A stretch of DNA of 63,825 nucleotides, filler included, from Phoronis australis (GCA_002633005.1; 9 parts of 9 records of this genome joined end to end with filler, not necessarily neighbours in it), one strand, 5' to 3'; counted from the whole stretch's first letter, positions 13,078 through 26,071 are shown. Notes: a model not told the origin generated them from the sequence alone. Translations and numbers: made by a program.

Positions 13078-16000
13078 CAGTGAACAATGTCTCGACTGTA
13101 TTTTGTGACAGCTGCACAGACTTACAGTAAAGTCTGCATAAATGAGAGATCCAAAAGGACCACAATACTTTATCCGAGTAATTCGAAATTCAACTTATCC
13201 AAACCAGAATGATTGTCCCATGGAACTGTTTCAGTGAAAAGCCGACTTGTGCATGCCCTGCAAGTTGTCTGTTTATCATTGAAGGAAGGTGGTGGACTGC
13301 TTGCCAGGCAAACTTTAGACTCAACAAAGTAGGAACATACTGAGAATCTGCAACAATGAATGCGAGGATTGTTGAACTGTTTAAACTGTTCAAGTTAATG
13401 TTGTTGCTTTTCTAATCACACCTTCAACTTTTGAAAAGCAAAAAAGCTGGGAAATGAACTTTAGAGGTGTTAAGCAGCTGTACAGAACCTCTGAGTATGT
13501 TTTCATTCTAGTAGTCATGTGACCAGATCGTGGGAGTGTATGGTAAGAGTGATCTCACAAGGAAATATCAACACTACTTCCTTCCTCACAGAATGTTCGC
13601 CCAGGGGGCGGTGTGAACTTTTATTTCAGTGGTTAACTTGGAAATGTTTACCTAATTTGCTGAAGGGACTAGTGTTTACTAAGTGAATCACAGGCTCTTG
13701 AATCTTGCTATACCTTATTACTGTGTGAATGTGAGGAACAGTTAGATGACAGCGCCTGTGTTAAGAACGAGCGCCTGTGTTAAGAACGCTGGTCTATGTA
13801 AGGTATTTGTGCAATGATCTGATTTGATTTGTGTTACTGTAAACATACATGAATATAGTGAGATATATATTGTTGAATCCATGTTCATATTTAAGTTATT
13901 GAGTTATTCAGAGGTCAGAGGTCAGTAGAACAACCTGCAAGAATTATCTAAAGGATAATAAGAAACTCAGTAACAATAGAAAAATTTTTGTTTGCTGAAT
14001 TGTATTGAGATCACGAAATGAAGTTTTTATTTCAATCTTGCCCATGGATCATGTTGCATGGATTGAGGTTTCTATGGTAACCATTTCACACAGGAACTGG
14101 CATATTCATTTAGTTTTAAATGCTTTAATGTCTTGAGGATATTTTATTTGAATATGAATAAAATCTAGAATGATTTCCTGTAACCCTGTGTAGGAAGTGA
14201 TGTAGTAACACCATTTTAAAAATAAATCTGTTCACTGGCTGATCTTTCAAGAGACAAGTCCCACTCCGTATAGTTCAGTCTGGGCTCCTGCCCATCCCTA
14301 TGTTGCCAGTGAAGACACTGTACAAGTTGTGTTGCAGGAAGAAGCTATGTACTGACAGGCAAGTCAATAGTGGCAGCAGAAAGTGGAACTCTAAGCAAAG
14401 CTAGGTACAGCTACCACTGCTATAGGTACACACAGTAGTTTGACTTAAACCTAGGACCCAATAAATGCAGGATTGTATTTATTGGGTCCTAGCTTAGCGT
14501 CATTTGGCAAAAGGTTCTGAATAAAATGGTTTTCGTTGTCTGAAAATGATAACAACTAATAATTCTTACTTTGAGTATAACAATATAAAACACATTAATT
14601 TGAGTAAAGAAGCTTCTGGCCCATATCACAAAATTAAGTCAAATGCACCTATCATATTGTTTAAAGGCGTTTTACTCGATGCTGCCGTGAGTAGAATAAA
14701 CTTTATAATCTGTTTGGTACAATACAATAAAATACAATAGAATATAGTATTAATAAACTCCCGTTTTGGGACAAAGAGTCTCTAAACATGGTTACTTACG
14801 GATGTATTATCAAAATATCAGTTTCTCGTCTCGTCAATTCCAGTAGCAAACGATTGTTTTATTTTATTTCTTGCTTATTACAACAACGAAATACTCTCAT
14901 TACTGCGAATCTCGTATGTCTTTCTTTAAAATCGCGAGAGAACCTCTTCCACACTTACGTCGTGACAAAACAGATCTGACCAAAGAAATCAAATGGCATT
15001 GTATAAAATTCTTACAATTACAAATCAGCCGTGAGGAAACTCGAGATTCCTTACTTCTTGGGTCGAGAATGGGCACTATTACCCCTACATTCCATTTAAA
15101 TAGAAAAACACCCCCATACCTATAAAAGATGTAGATATCAAATTTTCAAGGACGATTTTAGAAAGCGTGGGCATGGATTAATTGACACACGCGGCCACAA
15201 GTCTACGGGGGCTATGTTAGTTTTCTACCTTTTTAGCTTCCAATTTTAATGGGCCCGTTGGCCCGAGTTCAGTAATCATAGTGCGCCAATGAAATAATGT
15301 TTGTACGTCACTATAAGAACGATGTTTTGACGAACGTATTAAGACTAGTAGGGGTTTTATCGATGGCATGTCAATACTTACTTAAAACGGCTCCATTTAG
15401 TTATTATTTATTGCAGTCTATTCTGCATGGAATATGCGACAAGCTATGTTGCAGACGGAGTAAAACAAGACGTGGATTGTCGAATAATATCGTGTAATGT
15501 GATGTAAATACAAAAGGTATTAAAAACAGTTTGCAAGCTGGACGTAGAAAAAGACGCCTATGAAGGCGTATATATAGAACGCCCAGAGTAAATAGAATAG
15601 CGACAAAGCGGTTATGAGAAATACGCCTGAAGAGACAAATAAAAAAGGGGATGAACTAGGGAATCTAATTACCCCCGGGGTGGAGGGTAGGAAATTAATA
15701 CCGGGGAAACCACAGGTCTTCTGTGCGACAAGATAGATGGCTGAATGAGCTATGACGCCCTGTACTGCCGTAAAAAGAAAATAACTGACCAATGAGAAAA
15801 CGAGCAGGGAAGTGTAAAAATACCGTGCGAAAGTGGTTATAAATTGGAATTACTGAAGTAAAAAAATCCTCAGAGTGGATTTAAATAGAAATTGCTTAGA
15901 GCAAACTCACCTCGATGAACCCAATTTAATTTATTTTAAGAAGGATATTCTGATTAATGTTGCAAGACTAGTAACGTGTTTAACAATGACACGTCAAAAT

Positions 16001-17015
16001 TTCCTTTAAACAACTTTACTGCATNNNNNNNNNNNNNNNNNNNNNNNNNNNNNNNNNNNNNNNNNNNNTTAATTAATTAANNNNNNNNNNNNNNNNNNNN
16101 NNNNNNNNNNNNNNNNNNNNNNNNTCTGTGTGGGTTTGTTTAAAAGGTAGCTATGCTTTGAAGTTGTGCGTAGATGGAGAGTGAATAATCAAATCCAGTA
16201 ATTAATTTATTATATGATAACCCCTAATTAGACAAATGAAACCTATTGTTAATTAAGTAATCAACTACAAAGAGAAACTACGCTAGCGCCCTCTTTAAAG
16301 ATTACTTTAATCAAACAACCAAACGATCAAATGTCTTATCTGCTATCCAAGCTAGGACTCTCCACTTGTTGGATGTCTGTCCTGTTGGTGAATCTTCGAA
16401 CTACACACACACTGTATAGCGACAGTGTACTTGCTGGTCACCGTCTCTGGTGATTCAACACTTGCAGGCAATTTCTTCTACCCGCGATTCTTCTTGCTGG
16501 TCACAGTCTCTGGCTGATGACGCAACACTTCGGGTAGTATCTTACTACCCACAATGCAAGTGACAAGCTCTTAGTTAACTTCCGGTTCGTTAACCCTTGC
16601 CCTTGCCAAGATCCTTTCTAGAATCTTCCACGAGATGGCTCTGTCGTACAACTGCTTCTGTACACTGTAGCAAGTCTTTATGCTTCAACTACTTTAGCGC
16701 ATCTAATTATCTGGCTGATTTCAGCCCATAATATAGCATTCTACCTATTTAGTGATTGGCTAATAAAAACCACATGATCATATCCAATCATATTATTGGC
16801 TGTTACAATTTGTTCTCAGAATATTCTAGAATCTCTAGAGTACTTTGACCCCAGCAAAGTTGTAAACACCATCTAAAAATAGATTTTGACGTTAAAGGCG
16901 AAGGCAACCTTTTTCCATGTCATTTTGAGCTAAAATAAGGTTGGTTGGTTATCCTAGACATATTTTTCACTTAATTACAGCTTTTCGTAATTTTATTAAT
17001 TACTCGTCCGCTTTT

Positions 17016-17028
17016 CCGGAAGTGACGT
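17016..17028 (+). promoter_or_regulatory. Overlapping ETS/CRE-half motif CCGGAAGTGACGT in the Kolobok TIR (mirror copy 18698-18710)
   Basis: Sequence match; lies upstream of each inward-facing ORF; function inferred. Confidence 0.4.
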
Positions 17029-17229
17029 TTTAGGAGGTAAGCGCTTCCCGCCACTTGGTTTTGCGTTGAGCTTGCTGTGCGAATCTGTTCTATTCTACTT
17101 TTGTTTTGTGCTATTTTTCACCAATTGTCGCCACCACTTTCCATCGGCGAGTATTCTGCGGCAAGATAGGTTAGTAGAGAACTCAACTGCGTTTGATTTA
17201 GGGATTGTTTAGTGTGTTGTAAGTTGAAA

Positions 17230-17535
17230 ATGGCTGGAGTCGGTGACCCGTATCACAGTGACAGTAGTGTGAGTGACGGAGACCTTGTTCACAGCAGTGG
17301 TGACGAGGAATTTTTTCACGGACATTCAGTGGGTGGGTACATGTACAACGAGGCAGAGTACACACAGGCACAGGCAGCTGTTGAGAGAAACGAGGCGGCT
17401 ACTGAAGACAGACGTGGTGACACATTTTGGTGCAAATGCACTGTGTGCGTTGTTACATGTATGCCTACCTCAATTGAATGCTTGTGCTGTTCCGAGTTTC
17501 ACATCAATTATCTTTTTGGTCTCTTCTTCCATTAG
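17230..17535 (+). pseudogene. Truncated Kolobok accessory protein (KolX / P2X7 ballast-like Cys-rich domain)
   Basis: Acidic N-terminus, then WCKCTVCVVTCMPTSIECLCCSE; homology stops ~17496 and the frame runs into antisense transposase. Confidence 0.75.
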
Positions 17536-18565
17536 AGTGTATGTGGTATACTTGGCGGACCGCCCTGGTGAGTCAGACAAGTTCTCCTTCTCCATGAATT
17601 CCGCCACCAACTCGAGATGTTGTGACATGTATGCGTCATTGACAACTGGTATTAAATAGGAATTCTGAATGTTGTTGAATGTTGTTTTCGAAAAAAAACT
17701 TGACTTTTCCAAAGTCCATCATTGTCTTCACCGACTGAAACGTGTTTCCAGTGAAGAGCACACCACTGGACATGGTTAAGTGGACCTCCGGCATACCACG
17801 GACAGAGGAACAACTGTCCCACTTGCCAGAGTGTCCCGTGACACACTCCCACTGGATGGTGACCTGAGCACCCAAACTGCTTACATTGTGTCGTGTGACT
17901 CCCTCGCCACACACCTGGCACCTTCTAAATAGCTCCAACACTTTAGACAAGTCCACAATAAACTTATCAAAGTTTGGCTCACCGATCTGTTCACTGGACG
18001 ACGAACTGTCCTCTTCACTGGGTGTCGAACTGGGCCTGTAATCACTCCCACTACTCAATATCGCTGCAGGGCTGCTTAGAGGCTCTGGGCTGGAGAAAAC
18101 AGCACAGGGCGAATCACTACTGGTTCCAGGAATTGCACGCTCTGGGGTACGTTCGGAGGCACGGGTGACAGTAGATGAAGTGCCTCCACTGGCTCCAGTC
18201 ACTGTACTGGCCACAGCTCGCGAGGCTTCTCGCTTCAAAAACGCACTTCTCGGGGGTGGCGACGGGGCACTGCCGGGAATCAACACAGACGGAATGGCAT
18301 CCTTCTTCAAGCGTTGTTTCGCGGGGACCTTCATCAGTTCAGCGTACAAATCCCTTTCGTAATCGGACGGCAGAAAGTGCTTGCCACACACACGGTAATT
18401 CTCCACTGCTTTGTACGTTGCGTGGACGGGTAACGCTGCGTTCTTCACACGAACGAGCCAAGTACGGCGAAGTGTGTCATCCATCGGAAAGCGATGCAAA
18501 GGCACTCCCAAAGCGCGCGTGAGCCGATAATTACTACATCCCGGTACGCAGCAACAGTGTGGCAT
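17497..18565 (-). pseudogene. Truncated Kolobok THAP-domain transposase (309-aa open frame 18565-17636)
   Basis: THAP C2CH (CCVPGC..FP..W..VCGKHF..AIPS), CQVC..C..GH..W motif; frameshift at the A8 run 17691-17698, then DSPGRSAKYTTYTLM; rest of the DDE domain deleted. Confidence 0.88.
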
Positions 18566-21500
18566 GTTGACTGACTAGTAAATGAAAGCGAACGACGACG
18601 GAACTTAACACAACCGAGGTAGAACAATGACTGACTCGGCAGCTCTCACAGTCAGACTATGTGAAAAGAAATTGGCGGGAAGCGCTTGCCTCCTAAAACG
18701 TCACTTCCGGAAAAGCGGACGAATAATTAATAAAATTACGAAAAGCTGTAATTAAGTGAAAAATATGTCTAGGATAACCAACCAACCTTATTTTAGCTCA
18801 AAATGACATGGAAAAAGGTTGCCTTCGCCTTTAAAATACATGTCAACAAGTCTGACCCCATGATTTAAAAGTACATATGCACAAATTTTGGGCAACTTAA
18901 AATGAATCTATTCTTACTAATTACTTAATCAATATTTATTCTGACACTGAGTGACGATGAAAAAACAAGCTGCTGGTAAGTTGTGAATTTTAATCGAAGC
19001 CTTAGTGAATCACTCAGAAACTCGCAATACTCTCTTTACCAAACCTTATCTTAAGACGACTTCCAAAGCAATCCCGTCATTATTGCCAACACGAAAACCG
19101 GATTTGGTCTTTTTGGCATTTGAAGACTATTTGTTGAGAATCGATAGCACAAAATATAAAACGTGTAATAAGCATTACAAAAAGAAGTAGGTTTCGCGCG
19201 CAAACGCTGTGGACCATAAACAAGTAGGTCTCTTAGAACGAGATAAGTAGTTAAATCGTGGTGGTGTATTGGCAACGCACGCGCACACTAATCGCCAGGT
19301 AGTGAATTCGAGTCTTTGATACTTGCAGTTTTTCTTGTTTGACACGTTCTCCGTTTTTTGCCTTTTTTCGTGAATAATACTTCAGGAATCAAGGAAAATG
19401 CTTGATTTTTAGAGGTAAAACAAGAAAAATTTCCTGGGCGGGAGGGGGTTTGCCCCCCATTCGGTGCTATGCGCATCTACAATCGTGGTTCAGTTTACGC
19501 AAATTCTTACAGCCGGACAAAATGTTGCCCCCCCCTTGTGATATCCTAGATCCACCACTACATTGCCACCAATTCGAGGCGATGCTTTGGCATAAGTTTT
19601 GAAGTTCTTCGTCGTCCTTTGTAGCATCCGATCTACAAGTGGCGGATCAGAGGTGATTGTGGCTTTTTCAATGAAGGAAAAAACATGGTCGTAATCCATT
19701 TCTGTCGCCGTTTCGGGAAGGGGATTTCTCGATAACATGTCGGCCGTTATTTGTTCTGCCCCAGGTCGCCATTCGATTTTGAAAGCAGGATCATAGCTTG
19801 CAAGCGTCTCGGTGTCAGTAACTGTGATCTGTTGAGTATGGACACCAACGGCTGATGATATGTTGGAATTGCAAGGTCCCCGTAGCGAAACAGAAACTGG
19901 TAAAACTTTCTTGTTGCAAAAACAATTGCTAGACACTCAAGCTCAATCGGGGCATATCTTTTTTCTGCGTCAGTCAGCGAAAGAGATGCATAAGCTATGG
20001 GTCGGCCTTCTTGTATAGGAACTGCCCCTAGGCCAGCTGTGGTTGCATCTGTCTGAATGACTGTTGGTTTCTGACTGTCATAATACTCCAGCACCTTGTC
20101 TATACTAATTTCGTTTACCAACTTTTCATACGCTTGTTGCTGGTCAGTTCCCCACACAAAACTACCTTTCGGAGCCTGCGGAAGAAGATGGAGTGGTTCG
20201 CACTCAGCCGATAAGTTCGGAATGAACTTAGACATGTAAGTAACATGTCCCAGGAATCGGGGGTACTTGGTCAACATCTTTGGGTGGGGGCATTTCACGA
20301 ATGGCCTTGACTTTCTCCGGATCCGGCTTGACGCCCTTTGTGGTCAATACATGCCCAATATAGAGGAGTTCTTCCTTTAAGAAGACACATTTCCTTCTGT
20401 TAAGTTTAAGACCAGACTCGCGAGTGCGCAGTAGCAGTAGCTTTAAATTTTGATCATGGTCCGCACGGTCAAAACTATCAATGAGCATGTCGTCTGCAAC
20501 GACCGTTGCCCCCTTTTAGTCTCCTCTGAAATTCCTCTGGGGACTTCGAAAGACCAAAAGGCATTCGCAGCCACTTGTACCGCCCTCCTGGTCCCGACAA
20601 TGTGGTAAGCTCCGCTGACCTGTCACTAAGGCGTACTTGCAGAAATCCGTCGCAAGCATCACACAGAGAAAAATGTTTCGCTCCTGTGCGTTCAGGCAAA
20701 ACATCTTCGATACAGGCCATAGTAAAATGTTTGCGTTTTACAGCTGAATTCAGATTTTTGGGGTCTCGGCACAAACGTATGTGACCGTTTGCTTTTCGGA
20801 CCGGTTGGGCGTGACCGATCCATTCGCAAGGATGGTTTACCTTAGCTATAGTGCCGCGCTCCTCCAACTTTCGAGTTTCTTATGCACGTCGGCTTTCATA
20901 GACAAAGGAATTTTGCGAGGTTTCACCTGGACCGGTCGTACCTGCTCATCTAACTCTATGTGGTATTCCCCAGGAAGCGTCCCGAGGCCGGTAAACACGT
21001 CTGAGAATTCTTCCACAAGGGTATCCAAATCTTACTGGACTAGACTGACGCTTTCGCTCACTGTGATGAGACCATAGTAGACACATAATTTGCCCGATAG
21101 CAAACTGGGGTGTTTGGTATCTACCACCAAACACTGAAACTCTCGGTACGCAGCTTGCAGGCACCCAACGGTTTTAGTTTCGTGTTATTGTACACTTCAA
21201 TGGTATGCGGAGTTGGTATCAACGCTGGGCTTCCCAATGTTTTATAGTCGGCATAGGCTAGAGTGCTAGTAGTTGCTCCCAAATCCAATTGGAAGTTTAA
21301 GCTCGTTTTTCCCTCGCGGCACTGTATAGGCAAGTGCACAAACCATTTGCAACCACAACGGGATTGTGAAATGTTAATCAGGTAGGCTTCCTCATCGGAG
21401 GACGAAGAAAAATTTTCTGTGTCTGACTGGAGAAAATGATTCGTCTGATCATTACTTTGTTTTGCGCTGGGGCAAGAGGCGGTATAGTGGTTACGGCGCG

Positions 21501-21793
21501 TTTTACCGTATGCAGGGCAACGTCGGGGATCATGATTAGTTGTACCATTGCCACACACTTGTGGCTGCTGAGTTGATGATAATTTCTTAGGTTTTGCATA
21601 GGCTTTAAACGCTTACTTAGGTTTTGCATAGGTTTTAATCGCATTTACCGCTTCATCCCTGCGGACACTTTTCAGGTCTAAAGCCGGGGCCTCATCTGCG
21701 CGACATATTCTTAACGCCTCATCCAATGTGATGGCAAAATCTTCAAAAAGTTTTATTCTCGTTCGTTAATTGTCGATACCTACATGTAATAAC

Positions 21794-22878
21794 CACCGGC
21801 GCTTGGGTTTATCGCAAATGACGTCACTCATCAATATGTATAAGAAAACATAAAGGTTGGACTCTGGAAATCTGTTTGCTCAGAATTTTCTACTCAAATG
21901 TGCATGGAACTCCACGAAACTAGCATCGGACAATTCTTAGAATACTTTCTTTCATTCGATCTCTTCAAATTGCCTTCGAGTGGTGATTTGGCGACAAAAT
22001 GCCAAAAGACTGCCAAAATCACAAATTCAAGGAAGTGATTCCGTGATGTCATGGCAGACGGTCTTCGCACATCCGGGTTTTTGACGGACGCTCCGTGCTA
22101 AATCCGAAAGTCTTATTTCGCGCGGCTTTCATCGTCAATCCCTCGACTACTTGATCATAAGAAGCAGAGAGCACTTTATTGCCAAATAAATGTAATTACT
22201 CACATATTTGTGTCAAATATAAATTATCCTGATACTGTATTGATATGCGAAGTTTTTTTTTGTGTGCTGTGAATTCTTATGAAGGTTTTACTTTTGGCCA
22301 AAACCTTTGAGTTAACTCGTCGGCCACGCGCATTGTAATACTTGCACGGACTGCGTTTCCTGGCCGAATGTGTGTTGTACTTCAATCAAAAAAGTGCCTG
22401 ATGTCAAGATGAGAAACAAGATACGCCACTATATGTGATAAACTTCTAAGTTAAAGGCTAAAATGAGCCGTCAGTGGAATAAAGTTACAAATAATCATTA
22501 AAATACTAACTTTAACATTCTCAATTAGTTGAGTTTTGGATTAGAATTATTGAACTTGAAATATAGGTTGCTTGCTCAAACTCGAAGTTTCACCTACGAC
22601 AGGCGTACAAGTTGAAGCACAATTGAAACTATTTCAGGTCCTTGAATTCAGAGTTTTGAGATTGTTTTGGAAATTCCATCGCCGATTCACCATTCACGAA
22701 GACAGTTAATGAGTTCTAGGAAAGATAAGGCTTCGAAGGAGGTGCACGCAGATTTTATTTGGATTTCGGACGGTTGAAGTTGGGAGCCTCGGCTTGGCAG
22801 CGTTTAAGTGTCCAACCTTTATGTTTTCTTATATATATTATTGAGTGACGTCATTTGCGATAAACCCAAGCGCCTGAG
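21794..22878. mobile_element. Non-autonomous TIR element (P-element-like MITE) inserted in Gypsy gag
   Basis: ~65-bp TIRs CAC(A/C)GGCGCTTGGGTTTATCGCAAATGACGTCA...; perfect 8-bp TSD GTAATAAC at 21786-21793 and 22879-22886; superfamily inferred from CANRG ends and TSD length. Confidence 0.85.
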
Positions 22879-23297
22879 GTAATAACAATGCTTGTAGTAT
22901 CATGCGGTCGTACATCTCAGAGAGGAACGCGCAGTCACGCGCTATTGCGCGCAGTTCAGTTACGTAGTCGTCTATAGACCTACTGCCTTGACGTAAAGTG
23001 AGTAATTTATGTGTCTGGGCCACAACGTTTATACGCGGTTTTCAAAATCCTGAAAGCTTTTCCAGTGCCTTTGCTAGGTCTTTGTCTTTTTCTGCTTCCC
23101 ATTTGAAAGAGTCAAATATATCATTCCCATATTCACCTGTTGTTCTCAGAAGCAGAGCCACATTGACTTTGTCCGCTGCCTTGTCTCGGTTTGTGGCTGT
23201 CAAGAAAATTTTGAAACTCCTCCGAAATCTTTTCCATTGTTCCGGCAGGTTTCCACCCTGTTTCAAGGGTTCGGGCGCTAGAAACTTATCGGACAGT

Positions 23298-23314
23298 CCT
23301 CACCTGGGGCACCA
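23298..23314 (-). promoter_or_regulatory. Primer-binding site, tRNA-Ile(UAU)-like
   Basis: TGGTGCCCCAGGTGAGG immediately after ...TTTACA and just before gag. Confidence 0.7.
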
Positions 23315-23556
23315 TGTAAATTGTTCGTGTGTCAGTGCAGTAGTCGTGACGATGTTGTCTGATATGTTCAACCGCTTACTTAAATATAACTGTCCACCAT
23401 TGTGTCAAGAACCGGAAACTGTTTATTGTTGTGCTCCAATGAACAATACAATACGAACATATAAACAGATGTTGACATTTGGGTTTTTGTCATTGAAAAC
23501 AAAGTGTGTTAATGTTGATTAAATTTGCATTAGTGCACCACCCGATGCTCTTAACA
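23315..23556 (-). repeat. Putative 5' LTR
   Basis: TGTTAA...TTTACA abutting the PBS; outer end is a guess because there is no second LTR. Confidence 0.45.
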
Positions 23557-25126
23557 TACTGCAGGAACCACATACACTGGTGTTACCATTTAAGATAGCC
23601 TTTAACTCAACTTCCCCTTATTAGTTCAGTATTATGTGATTTCCTAACTTTAATTTTGATCTATCTACGTTTGTTATCCGTCGTCCAGTGCAATTGGAAA
23701 CTTAGTAACATCCAATGTCCATAGATAAGAGGGAACAAAGTTAGAGGGGGAACTCAATGTAAGCATAGTGAGGTTGCGTGAAAGGCGTGAGTGGGTGCAT
23801 TTTTTGGTTTCAGTATGCTTTTTGCGTTTCATTGAGCCGCTGATCGCCATCTTTTTTATGTTGACAACGGAAATGGGACTCCACCAGTTTAGAGAAATGA
23901 TATGGCCACTTTTACGCTTTTACGGCTGTAAATAGCTTATTTGTTAGACTATCGTTTAAAAAAATAAACAGGGCAAAATGCAGCTTAATGCACAGTTTTA
24001 AGTGACAAGGTCACCGCTCCTGTTTTCATTTAATATCTGGCAGAAAATGGCTAAATTGACGGCTTGATATGAAGTCACAAATACAACGTACAATACAATT
24101 CTGCAGAGCGTTTCTCCAATTCAAAGAAAATTGAGGTTGGCACCACGGGTCGATGTAAGTTGGAATTATAAAAGAATACCAAACCTATTCTGTCGTCAAT
24201 AAGCAAGAATCATGAACATGGTATATATTAGGGAATTTTCCAGAGTAGTTTCCCCCATTCAGTTATGGTCTCAGGCTTGTAGTGATAGGGGTAACATACA
24301 GAACTGAAATATTGTAACGGGCTCTACTGTGAGCAGCACATATCCTATCTTAATGAAATGGAGCACGTGTCGGCATCGCCTTGTTGCACGCCGATCGCTC
24401 AAATCTGACAGCCTCCAAGCAGCAAGTTGACGGATATTTAGGCAAATGTAAGAAATACGAAAAGTAACGCTAGGGTAGTCTACAGTGCATACATGTATAG
24501 TCGACTGTGGGAACATAGTTTTTGAATTTCGCTATGATTCACTAAGGGTACTATTGAACCAAAATCAACAATTGACCTATCGCCAGGAGTTTGAGAGAAG
24601 GTTTAACTGACACACCTTGGTTTTCAAGTCGCCATTTTACCCGCCAAAAACACGATGCCGGGTACATTTTATTATTTGGTCGTCGAAATTTCGCATGGGT
24701 GCGGAGCTTGCGATAGGTCTGTTGAATGAGGTGTTCTGGTAAGTTGGCGGAGAAAATGGACGCGTGTGCTTAGAGCTCCAAAGTACGCCCACATTAATTC
24801 ATTTAATAATTCATTACATGCGGGCAAGACAGTGTTCATCTCTTGCTGACCCGTGCAGCGTTATGAACCTGAATGTTGTAGTAAATGTTTTTATTATTCA
24901 CACACTGCAGTAAGAATTTCAGAACGTGTTTCGCGGAGAAGTTCGAAACGTTACTAATCGTTTGCTGGAAAAATACCGCGAGAATGGAACAGCATGGAAT
25001 ATGTTTGTAATGGCATATCTAGGTTTGTCCTTATATTCCGTGTATGTTCCGTGTCATCTTGAATAAATATTTACTGCACACGTTAAAAGTGTTTAAAGCC
25101 ATGAGGATGTAGAAACAAACACTCAC

Positions 25127-25375
25127 TTGTTTTAACTGTCCTCGATGTTGAAACTGCATCGGCCCATCCTGCCTTGACTGTACTTATAGTAACGACGTAC
25201 TCAGTTCCAGGCCACAAGCCAGTACAATTTTTTGTTGTCTCATTCTTATCTGCACTGAAGCTAAAATTTCCGCAAACCACTTTGTAGCTGTCTTTGTCTC
25301 CAGCTGCTGCGGTCCATTCGACAGTGAGTAACATCAAATCACTTCTCACCGTTGTGATAATAGCTGGAGCCAGTT
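25127..25375 (-). CDS. Fibronectin type III domain exon (receptor-PTP/tenascin-like protein)
   Basis: cag| 249 nt, phase 1-1 |gtgagt; LTVEW..A.GDKDSYKV...TGLWPGTEYVVTISTV. Confidence 0.85.
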
Positions 25376-25461
25376 CTGTAAATGTAGAGACAGGAGCAAA
25401 AAATGTAAAGATTTACTTTTAGCAACTTTTCCTAGAACTACATCGGTAGATACATAAAAAG

Positions 25462-26071
25462 CACAGGCGCTTGGGTTTATTGCAAATGACGTCACTCAAT
25501 AATATATATAAGAAAACATAAAGGTTGGACACTCGAAATCTGTTTGCTCAGAATTTTCTACTCAAACGTGCATGGAACTCCACGAAACTAGCATCGGACA
25601 ACTCTTAGGATACTTTCTTTCATTCGATCTCTTCAAATTGCCGTCGAGTGGTGATTTGGCGACAAAAATGACAAAAGAATGCCAAAATCACAAATTCAAG
25701 GACGTGATTCCGTTATGTCATGACAGACGGTCTTCGCACATCCGGGTTTTTGAAGGACGCTCGCGAGCTAAATCCGAAAGTCTAATTTCGCGCGGCTTTC
25801 ATCATCAATCCCTCGACTACTTGATCATGAGAAGCAGAGAGCACTTTATTGCCAAATAAATGTAATTACTCACATATTTGTGTCAAATATAAATTATCTT
25901 GATACTGTATCGATATGCGAAGTTTTTGTGTACTGTAATTTCTTATGAAGACTTTACTTTTGGCCAAAACCATTGAGTTAACTCGTCGGCCACGCGCATT
26001 GTAATACTTGCACGGACTGCGTTTCCAGTGGCCGAGTGTGTGTTGTGCTTCAATCAAAAAAGTGCGTGATG
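25462..26071 (+). mobile_element. Second, one-ended copy of the 21794-22878 MITE
   Basis: High identity to 21794-22402 starting CACAGGCGCTTGGG; right TIR not seen. Confidence 0.85.

Larger units (their letters stand above)
16896..18830 (-). mobile_element. Kolobok DNA transposon, internally deleted (1935 bp)
   Basis: TTAA TSD at 16892-16895 and 18831-18834; AGG...CCT termini; 158-bp TIRs (16896-17053, 18673-18830) with two mismatches by eye; THAP transposase and convergent Cys-rich ORF. Confidence 0.92.
19640..23556 (-). mobile_element. Decayed Ty3/Gypsy LTR retrotransposon (gag-PR-RT-RNaseH; integrase and 3' LTR not found)
   Basis: gag (GNLPEQWKRF; LRQGSRSIDDYVTELR; CPAYGK knuckle), protease FQLDLGA ~21280, RT (WLRMPFGL, ADDML ~20490), RNase H (QTDA, YAPIELECLAIVFA, ADMLSR); many frameshifts. 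Confidence 0.92.

Noticed and set aside
13104-14210. Solo LTR (TGT...ACA with AATAAA)
   Set aside because: No clean TSD or second copy; directly follows the ELP3 stop so 3' UTR is simpler
15520-15792. Hydrophobic 90-aa ORF as a membrane-protein exon
   Set aside because: No recognisable family; T-rich composition explains hydrophobicity
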